Positions 27,757-35,544 of a DNA stretch of 64,000 bases are shown one piece after another (the stretch's first letter is position 1; each line of letters starts with the position of its first letter). The stretch spans positions 58,151-122,150 of the forward strand of contig JAWODI010000081.1 of the NCBI GenBank assembly GCA_046483365.1, written 5' to 3'. The notes under the pieces were generated by a model that searched no databases, had not been told where the DNA came from, and was given only the letters and a program-made list of their open reading frames with translations. This stretch comes from Archaeoglobaceae archaeon (GTDB lineage: Archaea; Halobacteriota; Archaeoglobi; Archaeoglobales; Archaeoglobaceae). Both the position numbers and the translations under genes were made by a program.

Positions 27757-28266
27757 TCACAGCCCCATCCCCCCTAATAACAGGTACAAAAAGAATGCCA
27801 GAGTTACTGCAGCATAAGAAATTGCGGTAGCTCTCGCTGCATACCCAAACTTCATGGAGGATACAAGAAATGCTATGGGTATTATTGCCTGGAAGTAGGG
27901 AAGAAATCTGATGGAAACCGGAAAGTGCTCTATGCCTAACACAAAGACTGGGTAGTAGGTTAATAACACCAAGGGAGCAGCCAAACCAACCGCCAAACCA
28001 ACATCCCTCAAAGACCTCCTAACTCCATAAAGCACTACCAAGAGGAGGGGTAGCCAGGTAAGTAGCGATGTTATGAGGTCGGTGCCTCCACCCGAAGGCG
28101 ATAAAAAGTTTGGGGCGTAAACCGATAACCGAGTACCAACCAAGAGAGCAGCAAACCCAACTAAAAGAAAAGCAAGGTAACTGAACCGCTCCCTGGTAAC
28201 TATGAAGGTGTAAACACCTAATACGGTAATCCAGATGACTGCCAGCAAAATTATTTCCCACAACAT
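27757..28266 (-). CDS. Polytopic membrane protein, paralog of 10431..10880
   Basis: See 10431..10880. Confidence 0.5.
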   Translation of the reverse strand: MLWEIILLAVIWITVLGVYTFIVTRERFSYLAFLLVGFAALLVGTRLSVYAPNFLSPSGGGTDLITSLLTWLPLLLVVLYGVRRSLRDVGLAVGLAAPLVLLTYYPVFVLGIEHFPVSIRFLPYFQAIIPIAFLVSSMKFGYAARATAISYAAVTLAFFLYLLLGGMGL

Positions 28267-28291
28267 GAGATCATCAACCTATTCACTTTAT

Positions 28292-28840
28292 CTATGACAC
28301 TGAAGTCCATATTCTTGTTTCGTAGTAGCCCCCATTGTATTTGATGCATGTCTCATTAAACCCTGTTTCTTTCCTATAGTTTGGCATGCCTATTTCTACG
28401 TAGGCACGCCCTTTCGCACTTGCTTCCTTAACCACTTCTTTGAGTTGAGGGTATTTTTTTAGATCTTTTTCAGTGAATTTGGTACAATTTTGGGGTGGCT
28501 CGTACTCGCTTAGGGATACATCTATGTCCACCAGCACTTCATAGAACTCACCGCCATACCTTATTTGTCGTCCATACTTATTCACGAACTCCGCTGCCCT
28601 GACAAGTTCTTCACGGGAAACATTACTGTTTCCTCGGTGTATTCTCATGTAATTTTCCATCTCTGTCTCTCTTATTTTCTCCTCAACCCGCATAATAAAC
28701 CCCTTGATCTTGGGGTAGGTACTCATTTCCTCTTCGCTGACAACAGAATAAGTCTGAGGTTTCTCTATCCTGTGAACAGACACAAGATCAGAAAAACCAA
28801 TTGAATAGTAACTATCGTTAATCTTAACGTACTCAACCAC
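28292..28840 (-). CDS. 'YNGSYY' family protein, C-terminal portion (possibly the second half of a split gene)
   Basis: VKINDSYYSIGF, IRYGGEFYEVLVD and IKYNGGYYETRIW repeats. It has no signal peptide of its own; GTG start. Confidence 0.45.
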   Translation of the reverse strand: MVEYVKINDSYYSIGFSDLVSVHRIEKPQTYSVVSEEEMSTYPKIKGFIMRVEEKIRETEMENYMRIHRGNSNVSREELVRAAEFVNKYGRQIRYGGEFYEVLVDIDVSLSEYEPPQNCTKFTEKDLKKYPQLKEVVKEASAKGRAYVEIGMPNYRKETGFNETCIKYNGGYYETRIWTSVS

Positions 28841-29078
28841 TCAAAACACCCCGAAGCCTAAAGTAGTTCTCTGGAGAAGTCTCCAATACATACTTAGCGC
28901 AACTATAATTAGTCCTCAACTCTTTTTTGAGGACAGGATACTCACCCAACTCACCAGTTAAATTAACAGAATTATTGACAGAAGGAGGCACTAACTTTGT
29001 AACCAACAGATTATAGTGTGTACCACCACAACCAGCCAAAGCCACAGCCAAAACAACAATCAAAAGCAATCTCCTCAT
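28833..29078 (-). CDS. Lipoprotein signal plus first helix of the 'YNGSYY' family (possibly the first half of a split gene)
   Basis: Lipobox LAGCGG; GEYPVLKKELR and FRLRGVLSG align with HYPAIKEAIE and SRLRGLGD in 26655..27707. Stops 8 nt inside the start of 28292..28840. Confidence 0.45.
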   Translation of the reverse strand: MRRLLLIVVLAVALAGCGGTHYNLLVTKLVPPSVNNSVNLTGELGEYPVLKKELRTNYSCAKYVLETSPENYFRLRGVLSG

Positions 29079-29146
29079 ATCCGACCCTAAAACCCCTAAT
29101 TTATGCCTTTATATCTCACTTTTGTTTTCGTAAGTTTTTATTAAAT
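29079..29146 (-). promoter_or_regulatory. Cassette A copy 6
   Basis: Gene-sense: TTAATAAAAACTTACGAAAACAAAAGTGAGATATAAAGG..TTAGGGTCGGAT-ATG. The upstream box overlaps the stop codon of 29141..30574. Confidence 0.55.
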
Positions 29147-30574
29147 TAACCCATTTATTGCTGTCACCACTATCACCAAGGTAACCAGCCCTATGACAGC
29201 AAGTAACAACAGCAAAAGCGCTCTTAATACCCTCCTCATACTCGTCCTCAATTCCATCCTGCCCAGCTTGATGTACATTCTTACTGCAAAGTAGATGCCA
29301 AAGATAAATAGTAAGAATAGAGCTGGGAAGAACAGGGGTTTCAAGCCAGTGGCTAAAGCCGTTAGAGCAGTCGTGGTTCCAGCAAAAAGGTATGACACCA
29401 AATCTCTCCTCTCTACCCCACTTACCATATTCCTTATTTTTCCTTGAGCAAAGTAGAAGAGCCCTGGCAAACCCAGCAGGGTGGAGAAAGTCAGAACAAT
29501 CATTCCCATAGGTTGCCTTAACCACACACTATCGCCTTCTCCAAGGCTGTAGGCTCCTTTAATACTTAAAAACACAACAGTATCCTCCACGTAACGAGCC
29601 AGAGAATCCAGGGGGGTTGGCACGTAAACTTCTTCGATTTCTAAGTCCCTGGTCAACTCCTGGGTGTTCCCAGAGTATTTAGCGTGCACAAAATAAGCTC
29701 CATCCATAATCTGTAGTTGAGGGCTTATCTCCCTTAACTCAGATCTGCTCAAGTAAATGTAGTCCTCATAACCCACTTCCCCACGGAAACCATAATCCTT
29801 GAGACTTTTCTCCTCAACTATTCCTGGAGAAAAGATGAAGAGATTAATCTCCGTCACAGAATTAATGGGGGCAGTGATCTCCAAGGGATAGTATATCTTA
29901 TCGCTCTTGAATCGGTACAGGATGGGGTCTACGCTCCTCTCTTCAGAAGTAGCGTTTATCACATCAATCGCCAGATAATCGTAACCCCTCCCAACATAAT
30001 CACCAATAATTTGATTAAATTCAACTGGCACCTCTCTATCATAACCCTTCTGCCTCACAAAACCCTTAAACCACTCCACAAACTCTTCAGACCTATTAAT
30101 CTTCACCACAGAAATGTTATGGGCACCGATCCTCTCTTGAGACACAAGATGGAAAGCAGATTCTCTGCCTTGACCGAAACCAAAACTTGGGTACTCCGGC
30201 TCCATCTTCATGTTAACATAGTTTTCAACCATGTGAAAGGAAATCATTTCAGCCCCCTCAATGTGAGGCTTCGACGGCAAGGGAAGAACCTCAACCACCG
30301 CTGTCTGGCTGGAAGCTTTCACGTTGGTGGAAAGAATTAAAACCTCTTCACTACCATTCCATCCAATGATAGCGTTCTGCTCCGGCTCATCCAAATCAAC
30401 GTGATATACAGGGATCATACCCTTGTCGGCTGAAGCTGGAGTTGATAAAAACAAAATAAATAAACAAATCGCAGTAGCCATCAAACTCAACTTATCATAA
30501 TTAATTAATCTTAACTGCAAGTAACTTGTCAGAGCATTGGCTACATTAACAGCATTCTCTGTTGTACCCTTCAT
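29141..30574 (-). CDS. Secreted domain plus C-terminal multi-helix membrane protein (weakly DUF2330-like)
   Basis: Signal peptide ..STPASA. EQNAIIGWNGSEEVLILST...AVVEVLPLPSKPHIE is reminiscent of the DUF2330 pattern. About 4 C-terminal TM helices. The true start may be the internal ATG at about 30481. Confidence 0.4.
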   Translation of the reverse strand: MKGTTENAVNVANALTSYLQLRLINYDKLSLMATAICLFILFLSTPASADKGMIPVYHVDLDEPEQNAIIGWNGSEEVLILSTNVKASSQTAVVEVLPLPSKPHIEGAEMISFHMVENYVNMKMEPEYPSFGFGQGRESAFHLVSQERIGAHNISVVKINRSEEFVEWFKGFVRQKGYDREVPVEFNQIIGDYVGRGYDYLAIDVINATSEERSVDPILYRFKSDKIYYPLEITAPINSVTEINLFIFSPGIVEEKSLKDYGFRGEVGYEDYIYLSRSELREISPQLQIMDGAYFVHAKYSGNTQELTRDLEIEEVYVPTPLDSLARYVEDTVVFLSIKGAYSLGEGDSVWLRQPMGMIVLTFSTLLGLPGLFYFAQGKIRNMVSGVERRDLVSYLFAGTTTALTALATGLKPLFFPALFLLFIFGIYFAVRMYIKLGRMELRTSMRRVLRALLLLLLAVIGLVTLVIVVTAINGLI

Positions 30575-30648
30575 CTTTTCCCTCTATCTAAATTGGTAAG
30601 GAAATCAACATCTAAAAATTTTCTATTAAAAATAAAAAAAATTTAGAA

Positions 30649-31938
30649 TTATATATATGTATCACAATCTCCTTTTTCTACTTGTAAATCACAATACTCA
30701 AACGCTATAGCGTTGTTAGCTTCAATCCTTGAGGTATGAGCAGTTTTTTGATACCAATCAGAGTCTATATTTCCGGTTGCTTTGTCCCAAAACGTATCGG
30801 CCCAGTCTGAACACCAAGTATCAAGATAATCGTTAATAGTTCCCTCATCACCAATCACGCACTTCACACCTTTGTTGACTAGTGTGGGGGCTAGATTATT
30901 ACCAGCGTTACATGAATTGATTACAAATAACCGAGACTGTAGATTATCTGAAGCGTCCCAACTACAATACCAGTTGTCCCCACTGAGGCCTATACAGTCA
31001 TCACTACCGTGTCCAGAAAAATAAACTGCTTCATATGTTGTTAACATATTATTGACTTGGTAATCATATAAGATTATGCCATAGTTCACAACTGCTGGAT
31101 CCCAACCGGGGTCTTTTTCCATTGATTCTTCTGCAGCAGCAATATCATTTGGCGATAGGTACCAATCGTCTCTTCCTACAGCTCCTTCGTCGTTATCTAA
31201 AGCTAAGATTGAAAAACCTCTTTCTTCAGTAGAGCTACTATCTGCTTTTCCATGCAATTTCCCGAAGTCGACTGTTGTCTTGTATAACTTCTTTATGGAC
31301 TCCATGAACCTCTCTTCACTAACCTTTTTTCCATTTGTAGCATCAATAACTGTGTTATTAGTGGAAATCCAGAAAACTCCTTTTTCAGGAACTATGATGA
31401 GTTTAGCGTGATCTGAATTCGTCATCTTTAAAGCCTCGTTCTCTGTTACATTTACATTGGGTTTGAAGTTTATTTCTTTTGTAGGCATTTTCCGATATGC
31501 TGCAATTTCACCTGTCATCTTATTTATGGAGATATAACCACTCTCCCCAAAAACACTGATACCATTTATTTGTCTTTCAAACTGAATATCAAAGTCATAT
31601 GGGTTTTCAACTGCACTAACCATCGTATAATCATCACCAAAGAACTTGGTTGCCAACCCAATAGCTTCTTCCTTCGACATCACTGGCTCACCATCAAGGT
31701 TCTCATTAACAGCAGTACGATTAAACCTAAGTACCGTGCTCCCCGTTTTTAAGTCAACCAAAGAATAACCATACTCATCTATTAAAACACTTACCTTATA
31801 TCCAGCATAGAACGTATTATTCTTTATCTCCTCTCCACCTGAAGAATTTTCCTTTTTATTCGTAGCCATTACTGTTGCAGTTACTACACTTGTCGATATC
31901 ACTAACACTAACAACAGCACTAAGACTCTCTTATTCAC
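30649..31938 (-). CDS. Secreted PepSY-like N-domain plus clan-CD-like (gingipain/caspase-fold) cysteine peptidase candidate
   Basis: AAGGAGGTGA Shine-Dalgarno then GTG start gives MNKRVLVLLLVLVISTSVV. N-half EEAIGLATKFFGDDY...ISINKMTGEIAAY. C-half has the His-Gly/Cys dyad pattern VYFSGHGSDD ... LFVINSCNAGN. Confidence 0.45.
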   Translation of the reverse strand: MNKRVLVLLLVLVISTSVVTATVMATNKKENSSGGEEIKNNTFYAGYKVSVLIDEYGYSLVDLKTGSTVLRFNRTAVNENLDGEPVMSKEEAIGLATKFFGDDYTMVSAVENPYDFDIQFERQINGISVFGESGYISINKMTGEIAAYRKMPTKEINFKPNVNVTENEALKMTNSDHAKLIIVPEKGVFWISTNNTVIDATNGKKVSEERFMESIKKLYKTTVDFGKLHGKADSSSTEERGFSILALDNDEGAVGRDDWYLSPNDIAAAEESMEKDPGWDPAVVNYGIILYDYQVNNMLTTYEAVYFSGHGSDDCIGLSGDNWYCSWDASDNLQSRLFVINSCNAGNNLAPTLVNKGVKCVIGDEGTINDYLDTWCSDWADTFWDKATGNIDSDWYQKTAHTSRIEANNAIAFEYCDLQVEKGDCDTYI

Positions 31939-31989
31939 ACAATTCACCTCCTTTAACCAGTATAACAATCAATAACCTATATAACCACC

Positions 31990-32028
31990 GATTTCGTTCG
32001 CTAAACGGCGAACGTTTCCGTAAAGTTT
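31990..32028 (-). promoter_or_regulatory. Motif B copy b
   Basis: Gene-sense: AAACTTTACGGAAACGTTCGCCGTTTAGCGAACGAAATCGGTGGTTATATAGG. Part of a ~150-bp block (31945-32091) nearly identical to 23607-23756. Confidence 0.6.
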
Positions 32029-32128
32029 AAAAATAAGCTGAGAACTCGCCAATATACGCATCAGTCATCAATATTCAACAGAAAAGGTTATGTAGTCAAT
32101 TTCAAGATGATTAGTTGGGGTCTCTGCA

Positions 32129-32623
32129 TTGAGCGATAACAAAATTCAGCTGGACAGGGAAATAATGAGTGCATTATCCTCTGAAAGCAGGATAGCCATT
32201 TTGAGAAGAATCCATGAAAGACAGAAGACTGTGACTGAGCTGGCAAATGAGCTGGATTTATCGAAGTCCACAGTACATAAGCACATCAATAAATTGAGTA
32301 ATGCCGGACTGATAGAAAGGATTGAGAATGACAGCAAATGGGTTTATTACCAACTAACCAAAAAAGGGAAACTGATCCAGGCCGGCAAAGCAGAAGCCAT
32401 TCTATTGCTATCCATGTCCTCTGTGGCCTTCATAGGAGGTGTGATCGAGCTCTACCTCTATTTTGTTGGTATCAAATACCAAGCTCCAGGCACATCTCAT
32501 GATCCAGTCTACCTGATCTTGGGGCAGGTCTTGCTAATTGTGGGAATTGTTGCAGGATATTTTGGCTATAAGATCCTCAAAGAGAAGCGGGGATTGGCCA
32601 AGTTGGAAGGAAAAGTCTCTTGA
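32129..32623 (+). CDS. Membrane-anchored ArsR-type winged-helix regulator (HTH + TM hairpin)
   Basis: SRIAILRRIHERQKTVTELANELDLSKSTVHKHINKLSNAGLIERIENDSKWVYYQLTKKGK, then two TM helices separated by a 13-aa loop (KYQAPGTSHDPVY). Confidence 0.65.
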   Translation: MSDNKIQLDREIMSALSSESRIAILRRIHERQKTVTELANELDLSKSTVHKHINKLSNAGLIERIENDSKWVYYQLTKKGKLIQAGKAEAILLLSMSSVAFIGGVIELYLYFVGIKYQAPGTSHDPVYLILGQVLLIVGIVAGYFGYKILKEKRGLAKLEGKVS

Positions 32624-32652
32624 GATTCTTTCATTTTCCAAGACCCTTTTTT

Positions 32653-32694
32653 AAGCTTTACGATGTTGTTCGCCAAAAAGCGAACGAATTCGCG
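32653..32694 (+). promoter_or_regulatory. Motif B copy d
   Basis: AAGCTTTACGATGTTGTTCGCCAAAAAGCGAACGAATTCGCG, flanked by AGACCC...GGGTCT and followed by TTAAATATTTT. Confidence 0.6.
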
Positions 32695-32765
32695 GGTCTT
32701 AAATATTTTCAATTCTAATTTTACTTTGGCATGCCGTCTGGGGCCCCTCTATAGGAGGTGGAATA

Positions 32766-33524
32766 ATGAAGAAAAAGTATGTGTTATTATCTATTCTTAT
32801 GGTAGCTCTGGTGGCAATGGTGATGGTCGCTGCTACCGGGATTGATGGCCCCAGGGTGGACAGGGAGAAGGCAAAAGACATGGTCAGAGAGTATATAAAT
32901 GATTCTGAGGCTGAAGTCGTTTATAAAAAGAGTGAGAGCCTTAATCATGGCGACTACCTTGTGATGGAAGTAGAAAACGACTGTTTCTACGTTAATTCCG
33001 ACACAGGAATTATTGAGAGAGCTACATTCAATGATGCCAGACAGAACTCCTCAAAAGTCTTGTTGAGCGAGAGGGAAGCGATGAAGCGAGCAGAAAAGTT
33101 CGTCAAGCAGAAATATAGTATTGGGGATATGGAGCTGGTGAGAAGCGATCTGCTCGATCACGGAAATGTGAAGGAGTATCTTTTTATCTGGGCAGAGAAA
33201 ATCTCCGGGGTGGAAACGAATAGAATGGCAGTCTCCGTAAATCCAAATACAGGGCAGATAATCTCCTTCATGGGAATTTTCAGGGAGGCTAAGGTCCAGC
33301 TGCAGCCGGATATCTCCAGAGAAAAAGCAATAGAAATAGCAAATAACCAGTTCAATGTCCAGAACGCTCAAACAAAGGCCAGATTAAGCATTGAATACCC
33401 AGAAAAAGACGTGCAGAAACTCGTGTGGGTGATAGAAACTGAAAGCGAGGAAAGCCTGAACGGTGGTATGGCCATTATCGATGCCTTATCGGGTGAGGTT
33501 TTAATGGCAAGTCCTTATAAATGA
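32766..33524 (+). CDS. Secreted protein with about three PepSY-like repeats
   Basis: AGGAGGTGG Shine-Dalgarno and TM/signal anchor. Repeats begin REKAKDMVREYI, EREAMKRAEKFV and SREKAIEIANNQF, each ending in a ..D..TG.I.. strand (SDTGIIE, PNTGQII, ALSGEVL). Confidence 0.5.
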   Translation: MKKKYVLLSILMVALVAMVMVAATGIDGPRVDREKAKDMVREYINDSEAEVVYKKSESLNHGDYLVMEVENDCFYVNSDTGIIERATFNDARQNSSKVLLSEREAMKRAEKFVKQKYSIGDMELVRSDLLDHGNVKEYLFIWAEKISGVETNRMAVSVNPNTGQIISFMGIFREAKVQLQPDISREKAIEIANNQFNVQNAQTKARLSIEYPEKDVQKLVWVIETESEESLNGGMAIIDALSGEVLMASPYK

Positions 33525-33542
33525 GGACTCACCCCTTTTTTA
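33510..33542 (+). terminator. Hairpin plus T-run
   Basis: AGTCCT-TATAAATG-AGGACT (33510-33529, spans the stop codon) followed by CACCCCTTTTTTT. Duplicated at 39093-39127. Confidence 0.5.
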
Positions 33543-33552
33543 AGGTGGTAAG

Positions 33553-34173
33553 TTGAAGAAAAAGCTTTACATAGTTTTGATTGCTCTGGCGGTTCTGATT
33601 GGGGTGGATATAGCTCTGATCCTCTATACGCCGACTCCCACTGGACCACCACCTACAGAACCCGTGCACCCTCTGGATGAAGTTGATGACTTGAGAATCG
33701 GTGATGTTGTAGTTACAGATAAAAATGGAGAATGGGAACTCTCTTCAGTTCAGTATCCCGGAGGCATATTAAGGGGAGAAAACTATACTGGGGGTGATTA
33801 CGACCCTGATGTTACTATAACCAGCAACAACATTTCGTTCAACATAGGGATTTTGGTAAGCCATCTTAATGAAAGTGGGAAGAAAGAGAGGGAGCTAAAA
33901 ATAATTGAATGGACTTATTCCAATCATGATCAGGCCAGCGTTAAGAAGAAGCAAAAGAGAATTCCAATTAATTTTGACACTCTGGGACTTAAAACCTTCA
34001 GATATAGCACAGACATTCCAGAATCAGACAATCGCACCATCACAAAGAACATCGAGCTGAGAGTGCCAGTGCTGGCAGAAAAACCCAATGGTGAGCTAAT
34101 CTATAGCTATGACTGCACTTTTGTGTTGCGGATTAATGTCCAGAAAAGTGACTGTGAAACTTCCCGAATTTAA
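33553..34173 (+). CDS. ~210-aa N-terminally anchored extracytoplasmic protein, paralog of 39139..39777
   Basis: AAGGTGGT Shine-Dalgarno + TTG start. LYIVLIALAVLIGVDIALILYTPTPTGPP...ELSSVQYPGG.L.GE...LKI.EWTYS... is shared with 39139..39777. Confidence 0.55.
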   Translation: MKKKLYIVLIALAVLIGVDIALILYTPTPTGPPPTEPVHPLDEVDDLRIGDVVVTDKNGEWELSSVQYPGGILRGENYTGGDYDPDVTITSNNISFNIGILVSHLNESGKKERELKIIEWTYSNHDQASVKKKQKRIPINFDTLGLKTFRYSTDIPESDNRTITKNIELRVPVLAEKPNGELIYSYDCTFVLRINVQKSDCETSRI

Positions 34174-34280
34174 ATCATATTTCAGACATTCTGGGGCCAT
34201 CAGATGGTAAAATGGATGGAAAGATAGTTTTAACAGTCAGTAATGCACAACAGAGTGTATGGTACTTCAAAGTTTATGGC

Positions 34281-34350
34281 GAATTGCTGTCCCAGAATGG
34301 GCCCTTATAAAAGGAAGAAATAGCTGAAATGACTGAACTCAATCCCAAAA
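34281..34350 (+). pseudogene. ~70-bp fragment of a dual-wHTH regulator gene (like 43161..43913)
   Basis: GAATTGCTGTCCCAGAATGGGCCCTTATAAAAGGAAGAAATAGCTGAAATGACTGAACTCAATCCCAAAA versus 43727-43797 GAATTACTGTCCCAGAATGGGTCCTTATCAAAAGAAGAAATAGCTGAACTGACAGGAATAAATCCGAAAA. Contains an in-frame TAA. Confidence 0.6.
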
Positions 34351-34358
34351 CCTCTTCT

Positions 34359-34397
34359 AAGCTTTACGATATTGTTCGGCAAAAGCGAACGTTTTCA
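34359..34397 (+). promoter_or_regulatory. Motif B copy e
   Basis: AAGCTTTACGATATTGTTCGGCAAAAGCGAACGTTTTCA, directly abutting the Top6A-like fragment. Confidence 0.55.
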
Positions 34398-34399
34398 TG

Positions 34400-34920
34400 C
34401 CATCAAACAGAGCAAAGACACCGGGGATAGGGGGTCTCCGGCTCCGTGCTCTATGCTCAATTAACTACTGGAAATCCGATAGTAATCACTTCCAAGACCA
34501 CCCCAGAAGAGAAAACCCAGAAAGTGGAACTATATGCCAGCACCAGGACTACGAGTCCCTACGTCCACCTCAAGGACAGCCCGCCAGAAGCACCCGAAGG
34601 CTGCTCAGAAGGCTAAATAAAGAGGTGGATTTACCGGTGATTATATTTACGGCGACCCCTCCGCCACCTTCATAGGTGTAATGCCTTCAGATATTGTCCA
34701 CTATGATCTACCATCTGACAAGCTCACCGATAAGGATATACGGGCTTTGAATTCCATTTTGACTGATCCCCGATTCGATAGCGATTTCTGGAAAAAAGAG
34801 GTGGATATGCAGCTCAAATTGAACAAAAAATCAGAGCAGCAGGCTCTGGCCAAGTATGGGTTGGATTTTGTTACTGATACTTATCTGCCGGATAAGTTGA
34901 GTGAGTTGGGGATTGTCTAA
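34400..34920 (+). pseudogene. Decayed 3' fragment (Toprim to C-terminus) of a topoisomerase VI subunit A / Spo11-like gene
   Basis: [25 protein letters not shown] matches the Toprim motif G-x-PD-x-ATR-x-FL..L....LPV. A shifted frame gives [22 protein letters not shown]. The final ORF (34681-34920) [56 protein letters not shown] matches the Top6A C-terminal pattern. At least two frame changes are needed and the expected segment after DPYG is missing. Confidence 0.55.
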
Positions 34921-34932
34921 TCTGATCATTCT

Positions 34933-35487
34933 TTATTGAGGTTCTATATCTATCCATGAATTGCGTATTTCACCATAACCTGTTGACATCTCGGGGGTTT
35001 CCACATGGACATGCTTCATGACCACATAGTATTTTCCAGGGCCTACCAGATCTCCGTTACTATTTCGTTGATCCCACACATAGGAATACGTTATCTCCTC
35101 CCCAGGCTCCAATTCAATTTCCTTATTTCCCGGGGGGAAATGGCGCACTACCTCTCCAAATGATTTCTCTATTTCCAGTTTTGGGGGAAATGGACTAAAA
35201 TTGAGTTTTTGTATCCCCTGGTTTCTGAAAGTGAAATTGATGTGAACTTCTTTGCCGCTTGGAACATAGTATTTCGAACCATCTATTTCCAGCGGAGGTG
35301 ATTCAGGTGAGAGAACGTGTTCGGGAGTTTGCTCTACTTGCATAGAAGTCTCTTCTGTAACCTGAGGAAACTGTTCTTGGGTAGTATTTGTGACAGATTC
35401 TTTTGGTAGCGAATTATTATAATCTCCATTTTGCGCGCAACCAATCGCAAGTAAGGCTAGTAATATAACCAATACTATTATTTTCAA
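34933..35487 (-). CDS. Lipoprotein with BsuPI-like (proteinase-inhibitor fold) domain
   Basis: Lipobox AIGCAQN. LEPGEEITYSYVWDQRNSNGDLVGPGKYYVVMK matches the remembered BsuPI pattern (..pGE...y...W.......G..v.pG.Y). Confidence 0.4.
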   Translation of the reverse strand: MKIIVLVILLALLAIGCAQNGDYNNSLPKESVTNTTQEQFPQVTEETSMQVEQTPEHVLSPESPPLEIDGSKYYVPSGKEVHINFTFRNQGIQKLNFSPFPPKLEIEKSFGEVVRHFPPGNKEIELEPGEEITYSYVWDQRNSNGDLVGPGKYYVVMKHVHVETPEMSTGYGEIRNSWIDIEPQ

Positions 35488-35544
35488 TTTAATCCCATCT
35501 ATTCCTTATCAGATTTTTATTTAAAGCTTCTTACAAGTTATTTA

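Noticed and set aside
29109-29525. 138-aa minus-strand ORF overlapping the 3' part of 29141..30574
   Set aside because: It is an alternative frame of a gene whose main frame encodes coherent TM helices, and it overlaps Cassette A copy 6.
34397-34675. 92-aa ORF listed in the track as a possible gene
   Set aside because: Its C-terminal half is the Toprim motif of a Top6A-like gene and its N-terminal half is out-of-frame remnant sequence. It is treated as part of the pseudogene 34400..34920.
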